Shown here piece by piece: positions 1 through 9,386 of a DNA stretch of 61,015 nt. The stretch covers positions 1 to 61,015 of the forward strand of contig JAERRW010000079.1 of NCBI GenBank assembly GCA_016735235.1, given 5' to 3'. The position numbers and the translations under genes were made by a program. The notes beneath the pieces were generated by a model. The model had not been told where the DNA came from, ran no database searches, and saw nothing but the letters and a program-made list of their open reading frames with translations. The DNA comes from Sulfurospirillum sp. (GTDB lineage Bacteria > Campylobacterota > Campylobacteria > Campylobacterales > Sulfurospirillaceae). Numbering within the stretch: the stretch's first letter is position 1; each line of letters opens with the position of its first letter.

Positions 1-7
1 TAATCAA

Positions 8-68
8 ACCCAACATCATAAAATAATTGATTATAATTTATCTAATAAATAGAAGAGTTAGATACAAT
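8..68. repeat. Dispersed repeat, copy A (diverged inverted copy at about 60769-60850)
   Basis: Bases 35-68 (AATTTATCTAATAAATAGAAGAGTTAGATACAAT) are the exact reverse complement of 60769-60802; similarity continues with indels towards base 8. Confidence 0.85.
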
Positions 69-120
69 TAAGTATTTAGTTATTTAGTCCCACAGCTTAA
101 ATGTTATTTGAAAGGAAAAT

Positions 121-1299
121 ATGCAATCTAGAAAACATAGAAGAGAAAAATACAAACGATATAAGCAATTAGAACAGTCAAATATCAAATTTGAAAAGTT
201 TACTGGTTGGGGAAAACTGAAAAAATATGAAAATAATAAAAAGTCAAGGCACTCTAAACATGCACAACATAATAAAAAGAATAAATTGTTAAAACAACAA
301 GGTCAAACAGGCGTAATTTTACTTCCTGAAAATATTGATTTTAAAGATCATATTGATAATATAGAAATATTAATATCAAAATTTAAATATAGCATGCAAT
401 TATCATCTACTACTATTAAAATTAACTTAAGTAAGTTAAATTATATATCAATAAACGGATTACTATATTTAATATCCGAAATAGCTATTTTGCAAAATAA
501 AAAATTCAAACAAAAATTTAATACAACTAAAAAATTTAAATACAATTCAAAATATGGAGTTAATAAGAATAATAATAAATTAAAATATTTATTACATGCA
601 ATAGGCTATTGGGATTATTTTGGCATAAAAAGACCATATTCAATAGATGAAACCACTAAAAATAAATATTTTCTTTCTATTAAATCAGATACACTTTCTA
701 GATCTCATTATGTTGCAGACTTAAGAGACTTTATTTCAGAAAAAGTAAATTTTTTTAAAACTGAAGAAATTCAAGACTATTTTGATGATGCTATTACTGA
801 AGCAATGGCAAATAGTGTGGAGCATGGTTATATAAAAAACATACGCTTTAGGACAAAAGGTAAATGGTGGTTATGTGGACATTATGATAAAAATGCAAAT
901 TATTTAGAATTTTCTTTTAGAGATTATGGAGTAGGTTTAAGAAAAACACTAGAATATAATTCAAATAGTAAAATCAAAAGTCTATTTAGAATAGTATCCA
1001 ATACACAAATAAGTGATTCTAGTATAATAAAATTACTAGTTAATGATAAGTTGCCTAAGTATAAAGGTAAAAAGGATAAAATAAGAGGGTATGGTTTTAA
1101 ACGATTTAAAGAATTTGCTAAAAACATAGGATATAATTGCGAAATGAAGATTATATCAGGAGATGGTAAATATGACTATTCATACTTACCAAATACAGAT
1201 AAAGAGACGGAAACACTTACGGATAATAATTTTAAAATTCGTGGTTTTTTAATAAGTTGGAAAATATATCTAGGAGATAATAATGAAACCAATAATTGA
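121..1299 (+). CDS. GHKL/HATPase_c-like ATP-binding protein (SpoIIAB/RsbW-like kinase fold) with putative N-terminal STAS-like segment
   Basis: N-box EAMANSVEHG, G1 DYGVG, G2 RGYGF, terminal GFLISW; RBS AAGGA upstream. Confidence 0.7.
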   Translation: MQSRKHRREKYKRYKQLEQSNIKFEKFTGWGKLKKYENNKKSRHSKHAQHNKKNKLLKQQGQTGVILLPENIDFKDHIDNIEILISKFKYSMQLSSTTIKINLSKLNYISINGLLYLISEIAILQNKKFKQKFNTTKKFKYNSKYGVNKNNNKLKYLLHAIGYWDYFGIKRPYSIDETTKNKYFLSIKSDTLSRSHYVADLRDFISEKVNFFKTEEIQDYFDDAITEAMANSVEHGYIKNIRFRTKGKWWLCGHYDKNANYLEFSFRDYGVGLRKTLEYNSNSKIKSLFRIVSNTQISDSSIIKLLVNDKLPKYKGKKDKIRGYGFKRFKEFAKNIGYNCEMKIISGDGKYDYSYLPNTDKETETLTDNNFKIRGFLISWKIYLGDNNETNN

Positions 1300-1618
1300 A
1301 TATGATTTTGCAAAAGATTTTAATCCATATCCTGGACCACGGGACGAATCAATAGGTCCACACTCTGGAGAAAAATTTAAAGATGAAGTATTAAAAAAGT
1401 TTTTCGAAGAAGGACAACCAATTTTATTGAATATTGACAACACTAAAGTTTCTTTTGGGCCATCTTTTTTATCTGAATCATTTGGGTTATTTGCTAAAGA
1501 AATAACATTAGAAAAATTCAATGAATTAGTAAAAGTAAAAGAAGATACTCCAAAGGGAAAAAAATTTAAAAAGAAAATGATGGAATATATACAATATGAA
1601 CTTAATAATGACCAATGA
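1283..1618 (+). CDS. STAS-like domain protein (DUF4325 type)
   Basis: 111 aa; PGPR..GPHSGEKF and GPSFLSESFG motifs; overlaps upstream ATPase gene; RBS AGGAG. Confidence 0.75.
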   Translation: MKPIIEYDFAKDFNPYPGPRDESIGPHSGEKFKDEVLKKFFEEGQPILLNIDNTKVSFGPSFLSESFGLFAKEITLEKFNELVKVKEDTPKGKKFKKKMMEYIQYELNNDQ

Positions 1619-2072
1619 AACAATTACTATTATTATTAGTGTATTAGCTTTAATAGTGTCAATCATAAATATACTATATGCTAAGCATAGAATTGATAAA
1701 TTCTCAGAATTGCATAATAAAAGCTTTAATTATACCCAAAACAAAGATAAAGATGATTTCATACTAAATTTTAAGAATGATTTAAATGAATTTAGATTAA
1801 GTATGACTGAATTATATACAACAAAAAAAGAAATAAAAGTTGAAAGTAAAGGAAATTTATTATATATACTTGAAAGTAAATATAATAAATCAATTATTGA
1901 GAAATATTTAAATAATAGTATTTATAATCAATTTATGGACTTAAAAATAAAGACTGATGAATCTTTAGATAAAGTTATTTATAATAGTGATTTTTCATCA
2001 ATTTCTTCATCAATAGATGCAATTAAATGCTTTTTTGACAATGTAAACTCACATATTAATGGAGACATATAA
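1596..2072 (+). CDS. Hypothetical protein with single N-terminal transmembrane helix
   Basis: Hydrophobic IIISVLALIVSIINILY followed by a charged helical region; overlaps the STAS gene. Confidence 0.65.
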   Translation: MNLIMTNETITIIISVLALIVSIINILYAKHRIDKFSELHNKSFNYTQNKDKDDFILNFKNDLNEFRLSMTELYTTKKEIKVESKGNLLYILESKYNKSIIEKYLNNSIYNQFMDLKIKTDESLDKVIYNSDFSSISSSIDAIKCFFDNVNSHINGDI

Positions 2073-2094
2073 TCATTAATCAGAGGAGGAAAAA

Positions 2095-2139
2095 CAAGGT
2101 AAAATATTAAAAGGTAGTATAATTCATACAGATGGCTGA
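2095..2139 (+). pseudogene. IS1595-family transposase fragment
   Basis: Translates QGKILKGSIIHTDG*, resembling the IS1595/IS1016 G-S-x-I-H-T-D-G-W motif with TGG changed to TGA; very short. Confidence 0.55.
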
Positions 2140-2343
2140 AGTTTTTGATAAAGTGCCACCTTTAGACTAGGAGATTTAAATAATATTACATGTAACTGAA
2201 GCAAGTTATATAAATTCAAAAAACATCTATTTTTTCAACATCTAAAACAAGTTGACGAATTTAAGAAGTTTCGTGTTAATAAAACATTAGTTTGGGATAA
2301 CAGAGCAGATATAGCACCTGAATATTTACACGATAAAGTATAA
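2138..2343 (+). pseudogene. Remnant of a DUF4160/DUF2442 toxin-antitoxin-like pair
   Basis: EVFDKVPPLD* (DUF4160-like C-terminus), then GGAG RBS and IILHVTEASYI, then out of frame FFQHLKQVDEFKKFRVNKTLVWDNRADIAPEYLHDKV* (DUF2442 W.NGAD.APE.L motif). Confidence 0.65.
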
Positions 2344-2361
2344 CAAAACCAACTATGGATC

Positions 2362-2387
2362 ACAAACCCCTTAGATAAGGGGTTTGT
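2362..2387 (-). terminator. Hairpin downstream of groEL (likely intrinsic terminator)
   Basis: ACAAACCCCTTA-GA-TAAGGGGTTTGT perfect inverted repeat about 20 nt after the groEL stop; U-tract is weak. Confidence 0.7.
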
Positions 2388-2405
2388 AGTGGGTTGTGTA
2401 GGTAT

Positions 2406-4055
<1,650 letters not shown>

Positions 4056-4316
4056 TTACTTTAAAATTCCAAGTATATCTTTATACTCCATTACTAAATA
4101 TTCTTTAGTGTTTAGTGTTAATTCACTACCTGCATATTTACCAAAAACCACTGTATCATTAACAGCAATCCCTTTTACATCTTTACTCACAGCAATAACT
4201 TTGCCATTTAAAGGTTTCTCTTTTGCATTATCAGGTATAATAATTCCTGTAGAAGTTGTTTTTGCCTCTTCTACTCGTTCTATTAGAACCCTTTTTCCTA
4301 GTGGTTTAAAAGCCAT
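4056..4316 (-). CDS. groS: Co-chaperonin GroES
   Basis: [11 protein letters not shown]...[12 protein letters not shown]; ATG at 4316 with AAGGA RBS. Confidence 0.98.
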   Translation of the reverse strand: MAFKPLGKRVLIERVEEAKTTSTGIIIPDNAKEKPLNGKVIAVSKDVKGIAVNDTVVFGKYAGSELTLNTKEYLVMEYKDILGILK

Positions 4317-4339
4317 ACTATATATCCTTTGTATTTGAT

Positions 4340-4366
4340 TTAGCACTCTATTTGTTTGAGTGCTAA
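4340..4366. promoter_or_regulatory. CIRCE element (HrcA operator)
   Basis: Exact TTAGCACTC-N9-GAGTGCTAA upstream of groES. Confidence 0.97.
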
Positions 4367-4407
4367 TATAATACAAAAAAATATTAAAAAAGTCAATAAA
4401 ATTCAAA

Positions 4408-4430
4408 ACTTTAGTCATAAAAGCTAAAGT
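4408..4430. promoter_or_regulatory. HAIR-like HspR operator
   Basis: CTTTAGT-N7-GCTAAAG inverted repeat upstream of the putative groES -35 (TTGACT, complement of 4391-4396). Confidence 0.6.
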
Positions 4431-4446
4431 ATATTTAGGATAATAC

Positions 4447-5922
4447 ATGAAGTATCTTTTTATTTCTCTCTCATTTGTAGTTTTAACTCTTTTTCTTACA
4501 CTCTATTTGCTCTTTACGCAATCTGGTAATAATATTATAAAACCCTATTTAGAAACAGTAATAGAAAAAAAATTACAGAAAAATGTACATGTAGAGACAT
4601 TTACTTTAAAAACTAATTTTATTGATTTAGAGTTTACAGTAGAGAAAGATTCAAGATTTATAATAAACGGCAACTTGAATCTAAAAAAGCGTCTGTTCGA
4701 CTTAGAGTACATAGTAAAAACTAAAAATTTAACTATTTATAATATAAATTTAAATGAACCACTACATGTAGCTGGCAAAATTAAAGGCAATATACACAAC
4801 TTTCAACTCAATGGAACAGGGAAAACTCTTGAAGCTCAAATTAAGTTTTTAGCAACAGTAGAAAACAAAGATATTAAAGATATACAAATTGACGCAAAAA
4901 AAATAGAACTTTCTCATCTTAGTAAAATATTAAAATATCCAAAATATACAGATGGCGAATTGGAATTTACAATAGATATAAAAGATGTAAAAAAACAGAG
5001 TAGAGATGGCACAATAAATTTACTTATTAAAAATGGAGTGCTACATGTAGAAGAGTTAATGAGTGTTAAAAATAGTGACAAAATTAATTATAAACTTCAT
5101 CTTATAAGTAAAATAGAGAAAAATAGTGCTTTAATAAATACAAAATTAATATCAAATGCGATAAACATAAATATAGATAAAAGCACATATGACCTAAAAA
5201 AGAAGATTTTAAAAGGAGAGTACAATCTTGATGTAGAAGATTTAAATAATCTTCACTTTTTAACAAATAGACCCTTAAAAGGAAATTTACAAATTAATGG
5301 TAATTACAAATACGATAATCAAATATACCTTAACGGAACAAGTAACTTTTTAGATGCAAAAACTAATTTTACATTAAAAAATAATCTTCTTAATCTAAAT
5401 AGTGATGAACTCTCTATCGTAAAAATAACAGATATGCTCTATTACCCAAGAGTATTTAACTCATTTTCTACACTTAAAGTAGACTACAATTTAACAAATA
5501 AAACAGGAGAAGTAAGCTTAAATGCACTCAATGGACAATTAATAAAAAACAACTTAACAAAAACAGTAGACCTTGCAAGTGGTTTTGATTTAACAAGTGA
5601 AATGTACAAAGATAGTTTGTTGCGTGGAGTAATAGATAAAAATAAAATAGATTTTTCTTTAATAATGAACGGTCTGGAAGGTTATTTTAAAATTTTAGAT
5701 GGATACATAAACCTAGAAACTGATGAAATAGATAGTAAATTTGATATTAAAATACAACACATGGATTTTAAAGGAACTATAAAAGGAAAACTAAATAAAC
5801 CAGATATTAAACTAAGTGATTCAATTTATATAAAAAATAAAATAGATAAAGCCATAGAAAAAAACATCCCAAAAGAGTGGCAAGACACCGCCAAAGAGTT
5901 ACTAGAACTATTTGGCACATAA
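4447..5922 (+). CDS. Hypothetical membrane-anchored beta-rich (AsmA-like) protein
   Basis: N-terminal TM then [13 protein letters not shown]; beta-strand-like alternating composition. Confidence 0.6.
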   Translation: MKYLFISLSFVVLTLFLTLYLLFTQSGNNIIKPYLETVIEKKLQKNVHVETFTLKTNFIDLEFTVEKDSRFIINGNLNLKKRLFDLEYIVKTKNLTIYNINLNEPLHVAGKIKGNIHNFQLNGTGKTLEAQIKFLATVENKDIKDIQIDAKKIELSHLSKILKYPKYTDGELEFTIDIKDVKKQSRDGTINLLIKNGVLHVEELMSVKNSDKINYKLHLISKIEKNSALINTKLISNAININIDKSTYDLKKKILKGEYNLDVEDLNNLHFLTNRPLKGNLQINGNYKYDNQIYLNGTSNFLDAKTNFTLKNNLLNLNSDELSIVKITDMLYYPRVFNSFSTLKVDYNLTNKTGEVSLNALNGQLIKNNLTKTVDLASGFDLTSEMYKDSLLRGVIDKNKIDFSLIMNGLEGYFKILDGYINLETDEIDSKFDIKIQHMDFKGTIKGKLNKPDIKLSDSIYIKNKIDKAIEKNIPKEWQDTAKELLELFGT

Positions 5923-5935
5923 AAAAGGACCGTTC

Positions 5936-6105
5936 AAAAATAGAAAAAATAGTTATGCCACAAAAACCATGAAAAGTTAACATGGATAAATAAATGGGAT
6001 AATTTATCGGTTTATCTTGAGTATACAGAAGATACAAGAAGAGTCATTTATGCCACTAATATTATAGAATCTATCCATCGTCAGTTTAAAGCATTGACTA
6101 AAACT
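5936..6105 (+). pseudogene. IS256-family transposase remnant with large internal deletion
   Basis: KNRKNSYATKTMK (N-terminal NRRNGY..KT motif) next to WINKWDNLS...TRRVIYATNIIESIHRQFKALTKT (IS256 R..IYTTN.IES motif). Confidence 0.8.
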
Positions 6106-7744
6106 ACTTTTTATGGGGATTTGGTTTTTCTATGAACCCATCTTTTATAAAACTAACTCCTTCATTTTTCATAGTTTTCCACTCTTCTTTTAGTGATTCT
6201 TTAGCTAGTACTTCATAAACAAAAATCCAATACTCATCTATATCATCTATTAATGATTCTGCTAATGTTTCATATTGTTTTTCAGTCGAACTTCCAGAGA
6301 ATTTTTTATCATGCAAATATGCAAGAGTCATCAATACTGTATCTCTATTTTTTTCAATTATTTCATATAGATTATCTATGAGTTTAAAATCATATTTAAG
6401 TCCAAAATACAAGGCATAACTCATAGCTTCATATAATTTTTTATCTTTTCCTATTGCAAAAATATTATTTGCAATTTTTTCTATATCAGCAGCATCAACA
6501 CTAAAGGCATCAAAAACATTTTCTTCGAGTAATGGAATTAAATATGGATAAATTAATACTAAATGATGAATTGTTTTTACAAAGTAATTTTTTGCATTTT
6601 CTGCCATTTTTTTATTTGATAAAACTTTTATAGCATAGTTTAAAATTGCAGAATTTGTTTTATTTTCACTCATTAAATCTAATGCAATATCTAAAAATGC
6701 TCGTACTTCATTTAATTTTAGATTGCCTTTATCGCTTGGAAATACAAAAGCATTAATTTTTCTAATCCAATGTTTAGTAGAAGCAATTGGTAATTTTAAA
6801 ATCTCTGTTTTTTTGTGGTTAAGTAGTAAATTATATTTTCCTAGTTCTTGTGATAAATCTACTAAAAACTGCTCCGTCTCTTTATGGGTTTTTACATAGC
6901 AGGTGTAATCATCAATATTTCTAATGTAGCTATATTTTTTAGATAAAACTTCATCTACTGCAACAAGAACTATTTCAGATATTAAATTTGAAGAGTGTGG
7001 CCCTATTAAAATACCATTTGTTTCTGCATCTTTTAAATTTCTAGTTTTAACATCAATTTTATTATACCATTCTGTATCTTTTTTATTTTTTTTAGCTTCA
7101 GTTTTTCCAACTAAAGACCAAGGTATAGAATGGCTGTAAATACTTGGAAAACAACTAGAAATATCCGCTTTAACAATATAATTTTTATCAATTAGTAGGT
7201 CTGGCTCTGGATTATCATCAGTAATAAAATTCTTATAATTCATTTCAAATATATGCTTAGATAATAAATTTGGGCAATCATTTAAATTTATATCATCCAT
7301 TTCTTGATGACAAGTTTTAAATATTCTAGAAGTATTATCTATTTTCCTTACATGTATTCTACTTATTTTATGTTTGCGATTTTTTGTTTTTTCTTTAAAA
7401 TATTTTTGCAACTTACTCCAGTTATTGCTGAGTATAAAGCATTGATTTCTATATGCAATGGGGTTAGGAATAGCTAAAACTCTTGGAATATTTATATTCC
7501 TCATACTTTCATAGTGAATATATTTCTTCTGAGCAGTTGAAAATGTAAATTTAGGGGGAGGTGATTTACAAAAAGACAAAAACTTTTCAGAGCTTAGAAA
7601 TGGAGGAATTTTTTCTGCAAATAAACCGTAACCCAATAAACCATCAAACAATTCTTCTTCTCCTAGTTCATCTAAATTATCTGAATAAGATTTTTTACCT
7701 TTTAATTTACAAGATTGTCTAATTTTGTTTTTTTTATTATCCAT
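6104..7744 (-). CDS. Stand-alone reverse transcriptase, DRT4/UG15-like defence-associated RT
   Basis: RT motifs ADISSCFPSIYSH, GILIGPHSSNLISE, YIRNIDDY; 546 aa with helical C-terminus; N-terminal R.NIPRVLAIPNPIAY recalls Drt4-type RTs. RT call is firm, subtype less so. Confidence 0.8.
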   Translation of the reverse strand: MDNKKNKIRQSCKLKGKKSYSDNLDELGEEELFDGLLGYGLFAEKIPPFLSSEKFLSFCKSPPPKFTFSTAQKKYIHYESMRNINIPRVLAIPNPIAYRNQCFILSNNWSKLQKYFKEKTKNRKHKISRIHVRKIDNTSRIFKTCHQEMDDINLNDCPNLLSKHIFEMNYKNFITDDNPEPDLLIDKNYIVKADISSCFPSIYSHSIPWSLVGKTEAKKNKKDTEWYNKIDVKTRNLKDAETNGILIGPHSSNLISEIVLVAVDEVLSKKYSYIRNIDDYTCYVKTHKETEQFLVDLSQELGKYNLLLNHKKTEILKLPIASTKHWIRKINAFVFPSDKGNLKLNEVRAFLDIALDLMSENKTNSAILNYAIKVLSNKKMAENAKNYFVKTIHHLVLIYPYLIPLLEENVFDAFSVDAADIEKIANNIFAIGKDKKLYEAMSYALYFGLKYDFKLIDNLYEIIEKNRDTVLMTLAYLHDKKFSGSSTEKQYETLAESLIDDIDEYWIFVYEVLAKESLKEEWKTMKNEGVSFIKDGFIEKPNPHKK

Positions 7745-7749
7745 GTTGC

Positions 7750-7842
7750 TTAAATTATTGATAAAGACACAATTCTATGCCATTTTCTTTTTAATTCTTC
7801 TTTCAAAGTATTTATTATTGCATGTAATTTTGATGTATTCAT
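7750..7842 (-). CDS. Putative 30-aa small ORF immediately upstream of the RT
   Basis: AGGA RBS then ATG; MNTSKLHAIINTLKEELKRKWHRIVSLSII*; stop lies 5 nt before the RT ATG. Confidence 0.35.
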   Translation of the reverse strand: MNTSKLHAIINTLKEELKRKWHRIVSLSII

Positions 7843-8017
7843 TTTTTCCTAATATTTGCTTTAAAAAATAGTTGTCAGGCAACAAATGCGCACTATTATT
7901 TAAATATTTTAGATATTATATTTCATATTTTAAAATATAAGCTTAAAGCATACATGTTGAATTTCTAAAAAATATAGAATAATTGAGTTAAAAAACTCTA
8001 TACAAATAAAAAAAAGG

Positions 8018-8683
8018 GTGAAAATGAAAATAGCTTTAGTGACTGGAGCTAGTAGTGGTATTGGGCAAGCCATTTGCAATACTCTTAGAAAAAATGGTTA
8101 TAAAGTTTATGGTATAAGTAGAAACAGAAGTGATATAATCTGTGATTTGAGAGATACAAAATCTCTTAATATTAAGATAAAAGAGTTTTTAAAAAATTCC
8201 GATGTAAACTTACTTGTAAACTGTGCTGGTATTGGAATTTTTACCCAGCATGAAGATTTAAAAATAGAGCAAATAGAAACACTTATAGATGTAAATCTAA
8301 AAGCTCCTATAATTCTAACAAACTTATGCCTTAAAAGTCTCAAAAAAACAAAAGGTCATATTATTAATGTTAGCTCCATCGAAGCTACTCGTCACTCAAA
8401 ATTTTCCGCTTTATACACAGCAACAAAAAGCGGTTTAAGAGATTTTAGCTTGACTCTATTTGAAGAGTTAAGAAAAGCAGAAGTTAAAATAACCAATATA
8501 AATCCAGATATAACCAAAACACCATTTTTTGATAAACTTAACTTTGAGCCTTCAAAAAAAGAAAATACCCATCTTAATCCTGAAGATATAGCTAAAACAG
8601 TACTACATGTAATCCAATCACCTTTTGCTGTTACAGACATAACAGTTCGTGCAAAAAAGTTTGAAATAGTAAAAAAACGATAA
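8018..8683 (+). CDS. SDR family oxidoreductase
   Basis: TGASSGIG, NCAG, YTATK. Confidence 0.9.
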   Translation: MKMKIALVTGASSGIGQAICNTLRKNGYKVYGISRNRSDIICDLRDTKSLNIKIKEFLKNSDVNLLVNCAGIGIFTQHEDLKIEQIETLIDVNLKAPIILTNLCLKSLKKTKGHIINVSSIEATRHSKFSALYTATKSGLRDFSLTLFEELRKAEVKITNINPDITKTPFFDKLNFEPSKKENTHLNPEDIAKTVLHVIQSPFAVTDITVRAKKFEIVKKR

Positions 8684-8726
8684 AATTAAAGTAAAAATAA
8701 GAGTCCTAGAAATGATGCTAAATTTC

Positions 8727-9386
8727 TCATTTAATACTACCCATCATTTTCTTTTTTATTTTATCGATTATCTCACACAATATATCATTATTAGGACTAT
8801 TGTAATTTTCTAGATTGACTATAAGATGAGATACACCATCAAAACAATTTAAAGAAGAAAAACTTTTCTTATATTTACCACAGGGATATTTCTCTTCTTT
8901 TGTCTTATTGATTTTCTCTCTACACTTTCCACAATAACAATAGTCTATTAAGGTGCTTTCAAAGCATGGATTTGATGCTAAAAGAACTAAATTATTAATA
9001 TCTTTTTTTTGGGTATTAAAATAGTTTTTTACTTTATTTTTACTATCCTTATCAGAATCAAACATTACAAAAATATTGTCATATGAACATAGATTGTTTT
9101 TTTCAAATTCCAATGACTCCATAGCAGGAACTGGAACTGGAACACTCTTGTAGCATCCACCACCTTTAAAATTACATTTGGTTACCACTATTTTATCTTT
9201 ACCCCAAGATACTTTTATTTTGGATTGTGCTAACAAATCACAGCTACCGTTATATCCATTTAATTTAAAAATATTATAAATATATTTCAACTCCTCTTTA
9301 CCTTCAAGTATGCACAATATTTTTTTATCTTTAAAAGTAGGTTTCTCAGTTAATTCTGGTTTAAATTGAGATAAAAAATCAATCAC
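8727..9386 (-). CDS. RloB/AbiLii-like TOPRIM-fold protein
   Basis: LCILEGKEE, VMFDSD, SNPCFE motifs; overlaps the AAA ATPase gene. Confidence 0.7.
   Translation of the reverse strand: MIDFLSQFKPELTEKPTFKDKKILCILEGKEELKYIYNIFKLNGYNGSCDLLAQSKIKVSWGKDKIVVTKCNFKGGGCYKSVPVPVPAMESLEFEKNNLCSYDNIFVMFDSDKDSKNKVKNYFNTQKKDINNLVLLASNPCFESTLIDYCYCGKCREKINKTKEEKYPCGKYKKSFSSLNCFDGVSHLIVNLENYNSPNNDILCEIIDKIKKKMMGSIK

Noticed and set aside
8-63. Possible integron attC site (ACCCAAC ... GTTAGAT fits RYYYAAC/GTTRRRY)
   Set aside because: No convincing L-box pairing or long stem, the RYYYAAC is not kept in copy B, and there is no integrase in the window.
4317-4448. N-terminal extension of GroES in the ORF track (similar extensions for groEL, uvrB, tatB, folP, yidD, cmoA)
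   Set aside because: The groES extension runs through the promoter and CIRCE; in these genes the family N-terminus, and for most an RBS or gene overlap, points to the downstream start.
6104-8017. Retron, group II intron or DGR interpretation of the RT
   Set aside because: No VTG motif or a1/a2 inverted repeats, no intron domain V/VI or maturase domain, and no template/variable repeat pair seen.
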